Part shown: positions 31,365 to 41,354 of the stretch, one piece after another
How positions within the stretch are numbered: position 1 is the stretch's first letter
Layout: each line of letters opens with the position of its first letter
Assembly (NCBI GenBank): GCA_963744145.1
Contig: CAVUSO010000001.1
Location: 5,536,001 to 5,600,000, forward strand
DNA length: 64,000 nt
Source: an uncultured cyanobacterium
GTDB lineage: Bacteria; Cyanobacteriota; Cyanobacteriia; Cyanobacteriales; CAWUOF01
Reading direction: 5' to 3'
Notes under the pieces: model-generated
Database searches by the model: none
The model's input: only the letters and a program-made list of their open reading frames with translations
What the model was told of the DNA's origin: nothing
Program-made: the position numbers and the translations under genes

Positions 31365-31754
31365 TTATTGACATCCTCTAAGATTATTACTGATTTCGAT
31401 CCATTCACGAGAAAAATTATGTTCATCCGGTCTAATTTTCCTTCCACCTAGTTCAGGATGTCTTTGATAAAAAATCGAGTCAACTACAGCATCACATCTT
31501 CTGATTTGATCCCATTCTTGAATTAAATCAGTTTCATTGGGTCTAATTTTTCTACTATTTAATTCCGGATGTTTTTCATAAAAAATCCGATCTGCTATAT
31601 TATCTAGTACTTGGCTACTTGAATAGTCCTGATCTTGTACTAATAAACTTGGTGATGATAAGTGTTCAGCGTTCACCCGTTGGTTAGGTAAAAATACGCT
31701 GATCGCTCCGATCGCTCCTGCTAAAACCAATATTTTTCCCCAACAAGGATTCAT
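31365..31754 (-). CDS. Hypothetical secreted protein with two internal repeats of about 31 aa
   Basis: Signal peptide; DRIFYEKHPELNSRKIRP...EW and DSIFYQRHPELGGRKIRP...EW. Confidence 0.75.
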   Translation of the reverse strand: MNPCWGKILVLAGAIGAISVFLPNQRVNAEHLSSPSLLVQDQDYSSSQVLDNIADRIFYEKHPELNSRKIRPNETDLIQEWDQIRRCDAVVDSIFYQRHPELGGRKIRPDEHNFSREWIEISNNLRGCQ

Positions 31755-31795
31755 AAATTTACCTCTAACCAGATTTTATTCCAATTGGTAAAAAT

Positions 31796-32785
31796 TTACC
31801 GTCGCGAGTCTAGTGGTCTAGCTACTATAATACCAACACTATCCTCAACTCGGTCTACATAAGTCTGTAAATCTGGTGCAATTCGTACCGATCCACTTGG
31901 AGAAGCATGAATTAAACCAATATTTTCTTTTGAAGTCCGATAAACCAGTCCAGTATGAGTGACATCAAGTCCCTTGATATCTGTCGCGATCGCAATAATA
32001 TCACCCGGTTGTAACCGATTATATATCCTACTAACCTGGCTGCGAGGAATATAATTAATCCTTAAGCTTTCTAAGTTAGTTTCCATATCCACAATACACT
32101 GGTAGGTACTATTACTATTTTTCAGTTGGGGATAACTGTCTTTGTGTTTACTCATAAAATTGAGTTGCTTGGGCAAATTTACCCCTCCTAATTCCTTGGT
32201 AATGTTCGCAACGTTACCACGCTTTTGATTATCTGCAATCCAATCAGAAAAATAGTGTAATCGACTGCAATATCCGTTCAGTTTCCCATCACGATAACGT
32301 TGGTTTTCAATGTGGTCTACAAAAGTTTCATATTGATAATCTTGCACAGCTACTCCCCGAGCGATCGCGAGAACTGTTTCGACAAATAATACACAGTCAA
32401 ATCCAGCTAGAGATACCACCAGCTTTTCTTCTTTAGTTTGATCTAATAACCCTTCTTGATAGGGTGTACCAATTAACTCATCTGCGATCGCTTGCATAAT
32501 TTCTCCAAATGGACGATCGCTTAATTTACGGTTAAAAGCTTGAATTACTTTTTGAAAACGCGCTTTATTTTCTGAATTTTCCTGGTCAACTAAAGTGAGA
32601 AAATGGCTAGAATTTGGGAAAATTTGTTTAGCGTTCAGGGATTTTTTTTGCTCTTTATAGGTAAAATTAGGCAATGGCTCTATTTTCGCTGAAGCGGGAA
32701 AAATAGAGCTTCCGTTATCAACAAAAATTAACCCGACTACGCCCAAACCTAAGATTTTTTTAATCACGTCTGCTGGTGATAGCAA
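31796..32785 (-). CDS. DUF1460 N-acetylmuramoyl-L-alanine amidase-like protein
   Basis: GTPY, FDCVLFVETVLA, RYRDG, RLHYFSDW, LDVTHTG, IHAS. Confidence 0.88.
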   Translation of the reverse strand: MLSPADVIKKILGLGVVGLIFVDNGSSIFPASAKIEPLPNFTYKEQKKSLNAKQIFPNSSHFLTLVDQENSENKARFQKVIQAFNRKLSDRPFGEIMQAIADELIGTPYQEGLLDQTKEEKLVVSLAGFDCVLFVETVLAIARGVAVQDYQYETFVDHIENQRYRDGKLNGYCSRLHYFSDWIADNQKRGNVANITKELGGVNLPKQLNFMSKHKDSYPQLKNSNSTYQCIVDMETNLESLRINYIPRSQVSRIYNRLQPGDIIAIATDIKGLDVTHTGLVYRTSKENIGLIHASPSGSVRIAPDLQTYVDRVEDSVGIIVARPLDSRR

Positions 32786-32852
32786 TGGTATATTATGTTA
32801 GCTTATCAAAATTAGCAATCTCATCCTCATCGATCTTGATTTCAGGCTGTAA

Positions 32853-34010
32853 TTAGTCAACGTGCAACAGGGAATTGGGTCGGATCTGACTAACCGTAGG
32901 GAGAATATCAATTTGCCAACCCGTCAGACGAACTGCTAGACGGATATTTTGTTGGTCTTCTCCGATCGCTACAGGTAATTGAGATTCAGGAACAAACACC
33001 ACTGCTTTCTTAGACTCAGGATCGGTAATCACCACCTGATCCACTTGTGCTGGAGTCAGTGCATTAGCAATATAAGTAGCTGGATCATCTGACCAGCGGA
33101 GGATCTCAATATTTTCTCCTCTCAATTCTGCGACTAATGCGAGCAAATGGGAATTTCCCTCACCCAAACAAATCGCAACGGGATCTAAAGCTGGATCGGC
33201 TGTATCGACCGCAATTTTACTACGAGAAGCGATCGGTGTATTTAGAATGGCATCACGTACAGTACCCTTAATCAGGACAATTTCTTGTTGAATTTCTGGA
33301 ACTTCGCTAGTGATCAATCCCGAAACTAAATGAGAACTAGCTCGCGAAACACGTAATAGTGGACCAGAACGAGGTGTTTCAGCTACCCTTTTTAAATAAA
33401 CCTTAAACATCACATTTGGTTCATAATTATCTTTAGGCATCCGTTCATACATAGGTAACTCAGCTTCAACTTCTGGTGTACCTAACCCACTACTGACCGC
33501 AAAAATCACCCCACGTCGATCTAAACGTAATACTCGAGCGGACAGAACACTTCCTTGCAACTGAGCAAAATGTGCTTGTACAATTTTAAATTGTTGCTCT
33601 TGCAGTTTTTGGGTAAGTACCTGTTTAGTTTGTAAAACTGCCAAACGACCAAAATCATCTTGTTTGGGTGTTACATCCACCAGCAAAGTATCCCCTACCT
33701 GAGCCGAAACTGCACTAGAGGGTAGTTTTTTCCAAGCAATCTCCTGATCTGGATTAGTTACCGTTTCCACCACAGTTTTACTAGCGACCACCCGAAAACC
33801 TTCAGCTTTTAAGTCCAGCTTGACTCGAAAATTGGTCAAATCTTCATTTTCTAGTTGGGGATTGTTCATCCCCTTTCCCCGACGATAACGCTGATATCCA
33901 GTCAACAGCGCTTCTTCTAAAACTGCTTGGACTACCAAAAAGGGTAAATTTCTTTCTTTACTCAGACTTTCGATCAACATCTTCAGTCCAGGTAAACTTA
34001 CCATTGACAT
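32853..34010 (-). CDS. nusA: NusA-like transcription factor, stand-alone divergent copy
   Basis: MSMVSLPGL N-terminus, FGRLAVLQTKQVL, S1 domain, EVPEI, ELRGENIEILRWS, IANALTPA, QNIRLAVRLTGWQIDI. Confidence 0.85.
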   Translation of the reverse strand: MSMVSLPGLKMLIESLSKERNLPFLVVQAVLEEALLTGYQRYRRGKGMNNPQLENEDLTNFRVKLDLKAEGFRVVASKTVVETVTNPDQEIAWKKLPSSAVSAQVGDTLLVDVTPKQDDFGRLAVLQTKQVLTQKLQEQQFKIVQAHFAQLQGSVLSARVLRLDRRGVIFAVSSGLGTPEVEAELPMYERMPKDNYEPNVMFKVYLKRVAETPRSGPLLRVSRASSHLVSGLITSEVPEIQQEIVLIKGTVRDAILNTPIASRSKIAVDTADPALDPVAICLGEGNSHLLALVAELRGENIEILRWSDDPATYIANALTPAQVDQVVITDPESKKAVVFVPESQLPVAIGEDQQNIRLAVRLTGWQIDILPTVSQIRPNSLLHVD

Positions 34011-34106
34011 AAATATCTTCTCCGCACATACTCTGGCTGTTGGTCTAATTAACTTCAGATCAGTTAAAATAAATTAACAAAATTATCATCGGCTTTAATT
34101 ATCGCC

Positions 34107-34523
34107 TTGAAATTTTCCATGACCGTCATCCCCTCTCCCCAACCTAAATTAATTTTCTATCCCCCTCAAACCGTAGCACGAGCGGAGCGTGCCATGCGTT
34201 GTGCCCCTTTTAAATTAAAATTTCTGATGACCATGCGTTCTACCAGTATTTCTTTAGCTAGTTTAGCTGGTGAATCTGGCTTCACCAATGGATATACTCA
34301 ATCTCCGATCGCTGAATTAACCGTAGAAAGAGCTTTACTCTGGTTAATTCAAGTTGGGATTTTAAGACGAGAAGTAGATGGTCAGGGGATTACTGATAGT
34401 TTTCGTCTAACTCCGTTAGGTCGTCAATTATTAGAAAAATATCACCTGGAACAGGTTATTCCTCCTCCTTCCTTAGCCGATCGCATTCTGAATACCTTAA
34501 GTAAATGGTTCAGACTATGGTGA
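34107..34523 (+). CDS. Conserved cyanobacterial protein (Npun_F0494-like)
   Basis: WLIQVGILRREVDGQGITDSFRLTPLGRQ. Confidence 0.8.
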   Translation: MKFSMTVIPSPQPKLIFYPPQTVARAERAMRCAPFKLKFLMTMRSTSISLASLAGESGFTNGYTQSPIAELTVERALLWLIQVGILRREVDGQGITDSFRLTPLGRQLLEKYHLEQVIPPPSLADRILNTLSKWFRLW

Positions 34524-34568
34524 TTTGAGATTTGAGATAGTTAATTTAAGGTAAAGTTTAAAAATTTT

Positions 34569-36035
34569 ATGAAAGCAATTATGGTAGTGGGAACTACTTC
34601 CCACGCGGGCAAATCACTGATTACTACTGCTTTGTGTCGTATTCTCTCACGTAATGGTTGGCGCGTGGCCCCTTTTAAGGGCCAAAATATGGCGCTGAAT
34701 TCCTATGTTACTAATAATGGTGGTGAAATTGGCTATGCTCAAGCAGTCCAAGCATGGGGAGCTGGGATCAATCCTGTAGTGGAAATGAACCCAATTTTAC
34801 TCAAACCTCAAGGGGATATGACTTCCCAGGTAATTATTAAGGGTAAAGCGGTTGGTACTGCCAATGCTAGTACCTACTATGAACAATATTTTGACTTAGG
34901 TTGGCAAGCAATTCAAGATTCTTTACGACGGTTAGAAGAAGACTTTGACTTTCTAGTCTGTGAAGGTGCAGGTAGTCCTGCTGAAATTAATCTCAAACAT
35001 CGCGATTTAGCTAATATGCGGATCGCTAAATACTTAAATGCACCAACTTTACTGGTAGTTGACATTGATCGAGGTGGCTCTTTTGCCCATGTTGTTGGTA
35101 CTTTGGAGTTATTAGAACCGGAAGAACGAGATCTAATTAAAGGAGTTATTTTTAATAAATTCCGAGGACAGCGTTCTATTCTTGATCCTGGACTAAAATG
35201 GTTAGAAGAACGGACGGGAATTCCCGTGATTGGAGTTATTCCCTGGATTGAAGAATTATTTCCAGCTGAAGACTCGCTCTCTTTGTTTGAACGAAATGCC
35301 AAAAAACCCCTCAGTGAGCTGACGATCGCTGTAATTCGGTTACCGCGTATTTCTAATTTTACTGATTTCGATCCTTTAGAAGCTGAACCCACTGTAACAG
35401 TTAAATATATCAGTCCCAAAGAATCTTTAGGTCATCCTGACGCAGTGATTATTCCTGGTGCAAAAACTGCGATCGCGGACTTATTAGTAATTCAAAAAAC
35501 TGGGATAGCAGAAGAAATCAAAAACTATGTTACGGCTGGAGGTACAGTAATTGGTATTTGTGGAGGATATCAAATGTTAGGTGAAGCTCTCGCTGACCCA
35601 GACGGATTAGAAGGACAAGAAGGACGTTTTTCTGGTTTAGGTCTTTTACCTGTAAAAACTGTGATTACTCCTCAGAAAATAGTGCGTCAGCGTCAGGTAA
35701 CTTCTAATTATCCTCAATCCGGGTTACCTGTCGCTGGGTATGAAATTCATCAAGGACGTACTGTCGTGATAGATTCTCCTCATATAAACCCTTTATTTGA
35801 TGATCCAAATTTAGGGGTAGTTGATACTAATCAAGCTGTTTGGGGTACTTATCTCCATGGTATATTTGATAATGGAGCTTGGAGACGTGCTTGGTTAAAT
35901 CGTCTCCGTCAACAACGAGGTTTACATTCTTTACCCACAGGAATTGCTAATTATCGTGAAGATAGAGAAGCTACTTTAGATGCTTTAGCTGATATTGTTG
36001 CAGCTAATTTAGATTTAAAATCAATCATTATGTGA
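34569..36035 (+). CDS. cobQ: Cobyric acid synthase
   Basis: GTTSHAGKS, PFKGQNM, EGAGSPAEINL, SNFTDFDPL, GICGGYQMLG, GTYLHG. Confidence 0.96.
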   Translation: MKAIMVVGTTSHAGKSLITTALCRILSRNGWRVAPFKGQNMALNSYVTNNGGEIGYAQAVQAWGAGINPVVEMNPILLKPQGDMTSQVIIKGKAVGTANASTYYEQYFDLGWQAIQDSLRRLEEDFDFLVCEGAGSPAEINLKHRDLANMRIAKYLNAPTLLVVDIDRGGSFAHVVGTLELLEPEERDLIKGVIFNKFRGQRSILDPGLKWLEERTGIPVIGVIPWIEELFPAEDSLSLFERNAKKPLSELTIAVIRLPRISNFTDFDPLEAEPTVTVKYISPKESLGHPDAVIIPGAKTAIADLLVIQKTGIAEEIKNYVTAGGTVIGICGGYQMLGEALADPDGLEGQEGRFSGLGLLPVKTVITPQKIVRQRQVTSNYPQSGLPVAGYEIHQGRTVVIDSPHINPLFDDPNLGVVDTNQAVWGTYLHGIFDNGAWRRAWLNRLRQQRGLHSLPTGIANYREDREATLDALADIVAANLDLKSIIM

Positions 36036-36086
36036 TTCATCAAAATCGAACCGATCTTCTACATCCACACTGGGGGGTTTAACCTG

Positions 36087-36323
36087 ATGACAAAAATTTC
36101 TTTTTTACCAAATAATGTTACCATTGAAGCAGAACCAGGAGAGTCAATTTTAGCCGTAGCTCAACGTGCTGGGGTGTTTATTCCTACTGGTTGTTTAATG
36201 GGTTCTTGTCATGCTTGTGAAGTAGAAATTGATGAGGAACTTACTATTTGCGCTTGTATTACTTCTGTCCCAGAAAAGCGATCGCATTTAACGGTTAATA
36301 TCTCTACTGACCCAACCTGGTAA
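36087..36323 (+). CDS. 2Fe-2S ferredoxin-like protein
   Basis: GCLMGSCHAC...ICAC. Confidence 0.88.
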   Translation: MTKISFLPNNVTIEAEPGESILAVAQRAGVFIPTGCLMGSCHACEVEIDEELTICACITSVPEKRSHLTVNISTDPTW

Positions 36324-36392
36324 TTGCCAGAAATGGATAATAGTTAATTTCCTGATTATTCGAGAAATAATTAATTATTACCCATTCTGAAT

Positions 36393-36839
36393 TTAGGACT
36401 TAGATTGAGCCGCGATCGCATAATCTTTAAACCGATTCAAATCAGCTTGAATTGTCGATTCCACAATTTGTCCTAAAAATAGATTATCCATTAATTGACC
36501 GAGGAAACCAGGAATATGATAAGCTACAGTGAGTCTGACTATGCTACTATCATGTCGATCATAAAAGCGAATAGCACCTCGATTTGGTAAACCATCTACT
36601 GATTCCCATTGAATAATTTGATGAGGAACGTTTTTCAAGATCCGGGAAATCCAAGCAAATTCAAATCCACCACTAGCAAGTTTCCAACGAGAAAGTTCTG
36701 GATGATCTTCTAAAATCTTAACTGATTCAATCCATTTCATCCAACGGGGCATTTGTTCTAAGTCAGACCAGAGATTCCAGACTAAATCAATGGGAACCTC
36801 TACTTCTACCTGGACGCTATGTTCTAACCAATTTGACAT
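36393..36839 (-). CDS. SRPBCC/cyclase family protein
   Basis: WLEHSVQVEV, MPRWMKWI, GLPNRGAIRFY; directly downstream of zds. Confidence 0.88.
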   Translation of the reverse strand: MSNWLEHSVQVEVEVPIDLVWNLWSDLEQMPRWMKWIESVKILEDHPELSRWKLASGGFEFAWISRILKNVPHQIIQWESVDGLPNRGAIRFYDRHDSSIVRLTVAYHIPGFLGQLMDNLFLGQIVESTIQADLNRFKDYAIAAQSKS

Positions 36840-36879
36840 TTTTACTCTCAGAAATAATCAAACAGCCCTGCATATAAAT

Positions 36880-38316
36880 TTATTCTGATTGATTTAAAAT
36901 TGCTTTTGCTGCTTGTTTACCAGAAATTGTCGCACCTTCCATACTATCGATATAATCTTGCTGAGTATAACTACCAGCTAGAAAAAAATTCGATACAGGG
37001 GTTTTTTGGGGAGGACGGTAAAGATCCATACCTGGTGCTTCCCGATAGAGAGATTGAGCGAGTTTGACGACACTATACCAAGTCAGATTGAGTTCCCGAG
37101 CAGATGGAAATAAATCTCGGACTTGTTTAAGTACATGGTCTGCGATCGCTTGATTATTTTCTTTAATAAATGGATCTCCTGGAGTCAAAACCAATTGTAA
37201 CAAAGAACCCTGTCCGGAACGATAATAATTACTAGGGCTAGTTAAGGCTAAATCTGCAAAACAAGAAAAATCTGCATCCGGAGTATACAGCAGATTATCC
37301 ATTCCCGCAGCTTCGGTTAATTGTTGACGCTTTTCGCGATCGTGCAATTCTGTCACCCATCCATCAAATCTTAATTGTACTGTGGCAACGGGAACAGTAT
37401 CTAATTTATAAATATTGTCAAATTCTGCCCATTTGCGCCATTGTGGTGGTAAAATTTTTTGAGTTCCTGGTACATCACAAGCACAAACATAAGCATCTGC
37501 GGTAATAGTTTCTTCTGTTTCACCACTAGCTACTACTATTCCTGTTACCTGAGTTTTTTCATTGTCGTCAGTAAACAAAATCTCTCGGACTCGACGACGA
37601 GTATAGATTTTAGCACCTTTGGCTTCTAAATATTTAATGATGGGTTGATGTAAATATTCATCAGGAGAACCAGTCAGCATTCGTAATACAGATGCTTCAG
37701 TTTTAGCTGCAAAAAACTGGAAAATTGTCAACATACATCGAGCGGAAATATTTTCACAATCAATAAAACCCAAAGCATAAGCGATCGGGTTCCACATTTT
37801 TTTGAGACTACTATTATTACCACCATGTTGACGAAACCAGTCAGCAAAGCTGATCCGATCTAATGCGCGGATGGTTTTCATTGCACCATCAAAGTCAATT
37901 AAACCGCGCACAATGGGACTGGTTCCTAGTGCGATCGCATTTTGGATTTTATCGGAGAGGGACAATTGGGAGGTGGTGAAAAATGCTTTTAATCCATGAA
38001 AAGGGGCTCCTGTGATAAACCGAAAATCTAATTCTCCGGTAATTCCACCGCGATTTACAAATATATGGGTATGTTCTTTTAATTTGAGGTGAGATAATGC
38101 TCCAACTTTTTTCATTAAGTCGAATAATTGATAATAGCAACCAAAAAAGACGTGCAAACCCATTTCAATATGATTACCATCACCATCAATCCAACTACCG
38201 ACTTTACCCCCAACAAAGGGACGGGACTCAAATATTTCCACTTGATGACCAGCATCCACCAAATCGATAGCTGTGGACATTCCTGCTAGTCCCGCTCCCG
38301 CGATCGCAACCCGCAT
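36880..38316 (-). CDS. zds: 9,9'-di-cis-zeta-carotene desaturase (CrtQ)
   Basis: [35 protein letters not shown]. Confidence 0.95.
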   Translation of the reverse strand: MRVAIAGAGLAGMSTAIDLVDAGHQVEIFESRPFVGGKVGSWIDGDGNHIEMGLHVFFGCYYQLFDLMKKVGALSHLKLKEHTHIFVNRGGITGELDFRFITGAPFHGLKAFFTTSQLSLSDKIQNAIALGTSPIVRGLIDFDGAMKTIRALDRISFADWFRQHGGNNSSLKKMWNPIAYALGFIDCENISARCMLTIFQFFAAKTEASVLRMLTGSPDEYLHQPIIKYLEAKGAKIYTRRRVREILFTDDNEKTQVTGIVVASGETEETITADAYVCACDVPGTQKILPPQWRKWAEFDNIYKLDTVPVATVQLRFDGWVTELHDREKRQQLTEAAGMDNLLYTPDADFSCFADLALTSPSNYYRSGQGSLLQLVLTPGDPFIKENNQAIADHVLKQVRDLFPSARELNLTWYSVVKLAQSLYREAPGMDLYRPPQKTPVSNFFLAGSYTQQDYIDSMEGATISGKQAAKAILNQSE

Positions 38317-38746
38317 TTTCCTTACCTTAATGATTATTTTACCTATTTTAACCTACTGCTTTCTTTTTGGGCGATCGCCGTGCTAATTTTGTCCCAACCA
38401 GAAATTATAGTTTTGTCCAGCACAGTACCCCGGGAAATTTGCCATATTAGCGATCGCTATCCGATGAGAACATAGACAAGGAAATACTATATATACCTAT
38501 GATTTATTACACGCAGAAGAAGAGCCAATGATCATTGTGATGGTCATCATTTTGGTGATATGTGTCACCAAGACAAGTGGGATGCAATCACCTCAATCGA
38601 AAGGAAGAATCACATGTAAGCATAGACCTGGATCATCGTCTGAACTAGATTTTAGCTTCATGATCAGAGCATAGGTGAATCAATCAGTAAACCTAATTCC
38701 TCTAAAAATAATTCTAAAAATATCACCCAAGGAGAACATCAAAGTC

Positions 38747-39427
38747 ATGAATATCAAACTACTCGCCACCTTAACCTTAGTCAGCACCGCAGCTCTTCTA
38801 GTTGCCCAAAAACCCGCCAGTGCGATTAACTTCACCAGTGGTGGTACAGCCGTTAGTGGACAAGGTTTAGAAACCAGTGTAGTTGGGGCTACTACCATTG
38901 ATTTAAACAATGGTTTCCCCACTACCGGAAATGCTACCTTCACTGGCTACAACTCTACTAGCTTAGTTACAGGTGGAAAAGTTAATGACCATGGTAACCC
39001 TGCGGGTGACAACTCCCAATATATGACCATTACTCCAGTTGGCTATAATACCGCAGGTGCTACAGGTAGTGTCACGATTAACTTTGCTAATGCGATCGAC
39101 TACTTCGGAATGTACTGGGGTTCTGCGGATAACTACAACCAAATCTCTTTTTATAACGGTAGTACCCTGTTAGCGACCTACGGTGGTGGTGATTTAGCTG
39201 GAAAAGCCGATGGTAGCTGGACAGGTGCTGAAGCTAACTTCTTTGCTAACTTCTATGCTGACCCTGGTCAAGACTTCACCTCAGTGAAACTTTCAGCCAC
39301 AGGTGTTGCTTTTGAAAGTGATAACTATGCTTACAAAGAAGCTGTTCCTGAACCCGCTACTATTCTAGGAACCATCGGGTTTGGTGCTTTTGCTGCTTAT
39401 TCTCGCAAACGGAAACAACAAGCTTAA
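38747..39427 (+). CDS. PEP-CTERM exosortase-dependent surface protein (Npun_F0296-like), copy 1
   Basis: AAGGAG RBS; signal peptide; DYFGMYWGSAD, AFESDN; VPEP, transmembrane segment and RKRK tail. Confidence 0.9.
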   Translation: MNIKLLATLTLVSTAALLVAQKPASAINFTSGGTAVSGQGLETSVVGATTIDLNNGFPTTGNATFTGYNSTSLVTGGKVNDHGNPAGDNSQYMTITPVGYNTAGATGSVTINFANAIDYFGMYWGSADNYNQISFYNGSTLLATYGGGDLAGKADGSWTGAEANFFANFYADPGQDFTSVKLSATGVAFESDNYAYKEAVPEPATILGTIGFGAFAAYSRKRKQQA

Positions 39428-39455
39428 TTTTTCTGCTAAGTGAAATCTCTATCTG

Positions 39456-39492
39456 AATACCGTGTCTTCAAAGGAAAGATGCGGTATTTTTT
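39456..39492 (+). terminator. Rho-independent terminator
   Basis: AATACCGTGTCTT-loop-AAGATGCGGTATT followed by a T-run. Confidence 0.8.
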
Positions 39493-39554
39493 GTGATTGA
39501 AATCATTAATATATTTTGCGATTTTCCTTGAACTGAGTTAAGTTGGAGTGAAAC

Positions 39555-39944
39555 ATGACAAACTATCATATAATATACGATGGCAACTGCAATCTTTGTG
39601 TGACGTTAGTGAAATTGCTAGTAAGTTTAGATCAAGACAAAATATTCCAATATACACCCATGCAAGATGAATTGACATTAAAACAGTTTAGTATTACTGC
39701 CCAAGATTGCGCCATGGGAATGATTTTGATAGATGGTAATACACCAGAAAGACGCTGGCAAGGTAGTAATGCGGCTGAAGAAATAGGTTGCTTATTGCCC
39801 ATGGGTAGTGTTTTTGTAGAGGCTTATCGTGCTTTACCAGGTTTTAAATGGGCTGGCGATCGCATATATGAACAAGTCCGAGATCACCGCTACGCTTTAT
39901 TTGGCCAACGGGACCATACCTATTACTGCTGCACAAAACCATAA
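39555..39944 (+). CDS. DCC family thiol-disulfide oxidoreductase
   Basis: IYDGNCNLC (DxxCxxC) and RYALFG. Confidence 0.9.
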   Translation: MTNYHIIYDGNCNLCVTLVKLLVSLDQDKIFQYTPMQDELTLKQFSITAQDCAMGMILIDGNTPERRWQGSNAAEEIGCLLPMGSVFVEAYRALPGFKWAGDRIYEQVRDHRYALFGQRDHTYYCCTKP

Positions 39945-40584
39945 TCATTATAGCTAATTTTATGGTAATTTCTGCACCAGATATCAATATCATAGTAGAT
40001 ATTTGTGATCGCGATCGCATTTTCGTGGATATTCCCGCTAGTCCTAATAGTCTTGACTAACAAGCAAAAAGCAGAAGTATGATTAATTTGTTTGTCCAAT
40101 GCTTCTGCCCACAACCCAAACGAGATGCTTTATATATATGAGTTTAATTTCCCAGATCAGTTCAGAGGATAGTTATCAATGTTCTAAATCCTCTACAACA
40201 CAATAGTTGTAGTCTGTTTTTAAAGTTACGATGAAATTCTGTAAAGAATCAGTAAAAGTGCTAACGCTTCATTATTCTTAAAAAGCAAATAATTCGCCAA
40301 TCCTTTACAACATAATGCTTTCAGCCTTAATTAAAATTTTATTTAGTGAAAAAATTTAAGTGTATTTAAGATTACATTTAAAGTCAAGATAAAGCAAACT
40401 GTAAAGAGTCTGTAAAAACATCCAAAAGTCGGATCAACGCCAAACAAATGACATACAGTTAAGTTGTGGGAAGAAAAGTTCATTAAAAACTAGACCAAAC
40501 AAAAGTTTTTATGTGCCCATGACCATCAACCTAATAGCTCTAAAAATAATTCTAAAAATATCACCCAAGGAGAACATCAAAGTC

Positions 40585-41265
40585 ATGAATATCAAACTAC
40601 TCGCCACCTTAACCTTAGTCAGCACCGCAGCTCTTCTAGTTGCCCAAAAACCCGCCAGTGCGATTAACTTCACCAGTGGTGGGACAGCGGTTAGTGGACA
40701 AGGTTTAGAAACCAGTGTAGTTGGGGCCACTACCATTGATTTAAACAATGGTTTCCCCACTACCGGAAATGCTACCTTCACTGGCTACAACTCTACCAGC
40801 TTAGTTACAGGTGGAAAAGTTAATGACCATGGTAACCCTGCGGGTGACAACTCCCAATATATGACCATTACTCCAGTTGGCTATAAAAATAGTGGTGCCA
40901 CAGGTAGTGTCACGATTAACTTTGCTAATGCGATCGACTACTTCGGAATGTACTGGGGTTCTGCGGATAACTACAACCAAATCTCTTTTTATAACGGTAG
41001 TACCCTGTTAGCGACCTACGGTGGTGGTGATTTAGCTGGAAAAGCCGATGGTAGCTGGACAGGTTCAGAAGCTAACTTCTTTGCTAACTTCTATGCTGAC
41101 CCTGGTCAAGACTTCACCTCAGTGAAACTTTCAGCCACAGGTGTTGCTTTTGAAAGTGATAACTATGCTTACAAAGAAGCTGTTCCTGAACCCGCTACTA
41201 TTCTAGGAACCATCGGGTTTGGTGCTTTTGCTGCTTATTCTCGCAAACGGAAACAACAAGCTTAA
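40585..41265 (+). CDS. PEP-CTERM exosortase-dependent surface protein (Npun_F0296-like), copy 2
   Basis: As copy 1; differs at NTA/KNS and at one A/S position. Confidence 0.9.
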   Translation: MNIKLLATLTLVSTAALLVAQKPASAINFTSGGTAVSGQGLETSVVGATTIDLNNGFPTTGNATFTGYNSTSLVTGGKVNDHGNPAGDNSQYMTITPVGYKNSGATGSVTINFANAIDYFGMYWGSADNYNQISFYNGSTLLATYGGGDLAGKADGSWTGSEANFFANFYADPGQDFTSVKLSATGVAFESDNYAYKEAVPEPATILGTIGFGAFAAYSRKRKQQA

Positions 41266-41293
41266 TTTCCCGGCTAAGTGAAATCTCTATCTG

Positions 41294-41332
41294 AATACCG
41301 TGTCTTCAAAGGAAAGATGCGGTATTTTTTTT
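41294..41332 (+). terminator. Rho-independent terminator
   Basis: Same hairpin as 39456-39492 with a longer T-run. Confidence 0.8.
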
Positions 41333-41354
41333 GTGATTGAAATCATCAGTATAT

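Larger units (their letters stand above)
38690..39506 (+). repeat. About 0.82 kb direct repeat, copy 1 (copy 2 at 40528-41346)
   Basis: Near-identical DNA covering RBS, CDS and terminator. Confidence 0.95.
40528..41346 (+). repeat. About 0.82 kb direct repeat, copy 2
   Basis: Near-identical to 38690-39506. Confidence 0.95.

Noticed and set aside
38675..38746. N-terminal extensions of the PEP-CTERM ORFs as given in the ORF track (38675 and 40513)
   Set aside because: The AAGGAG RBS and signal peptide indicate the true starts are 38747 and 40585.
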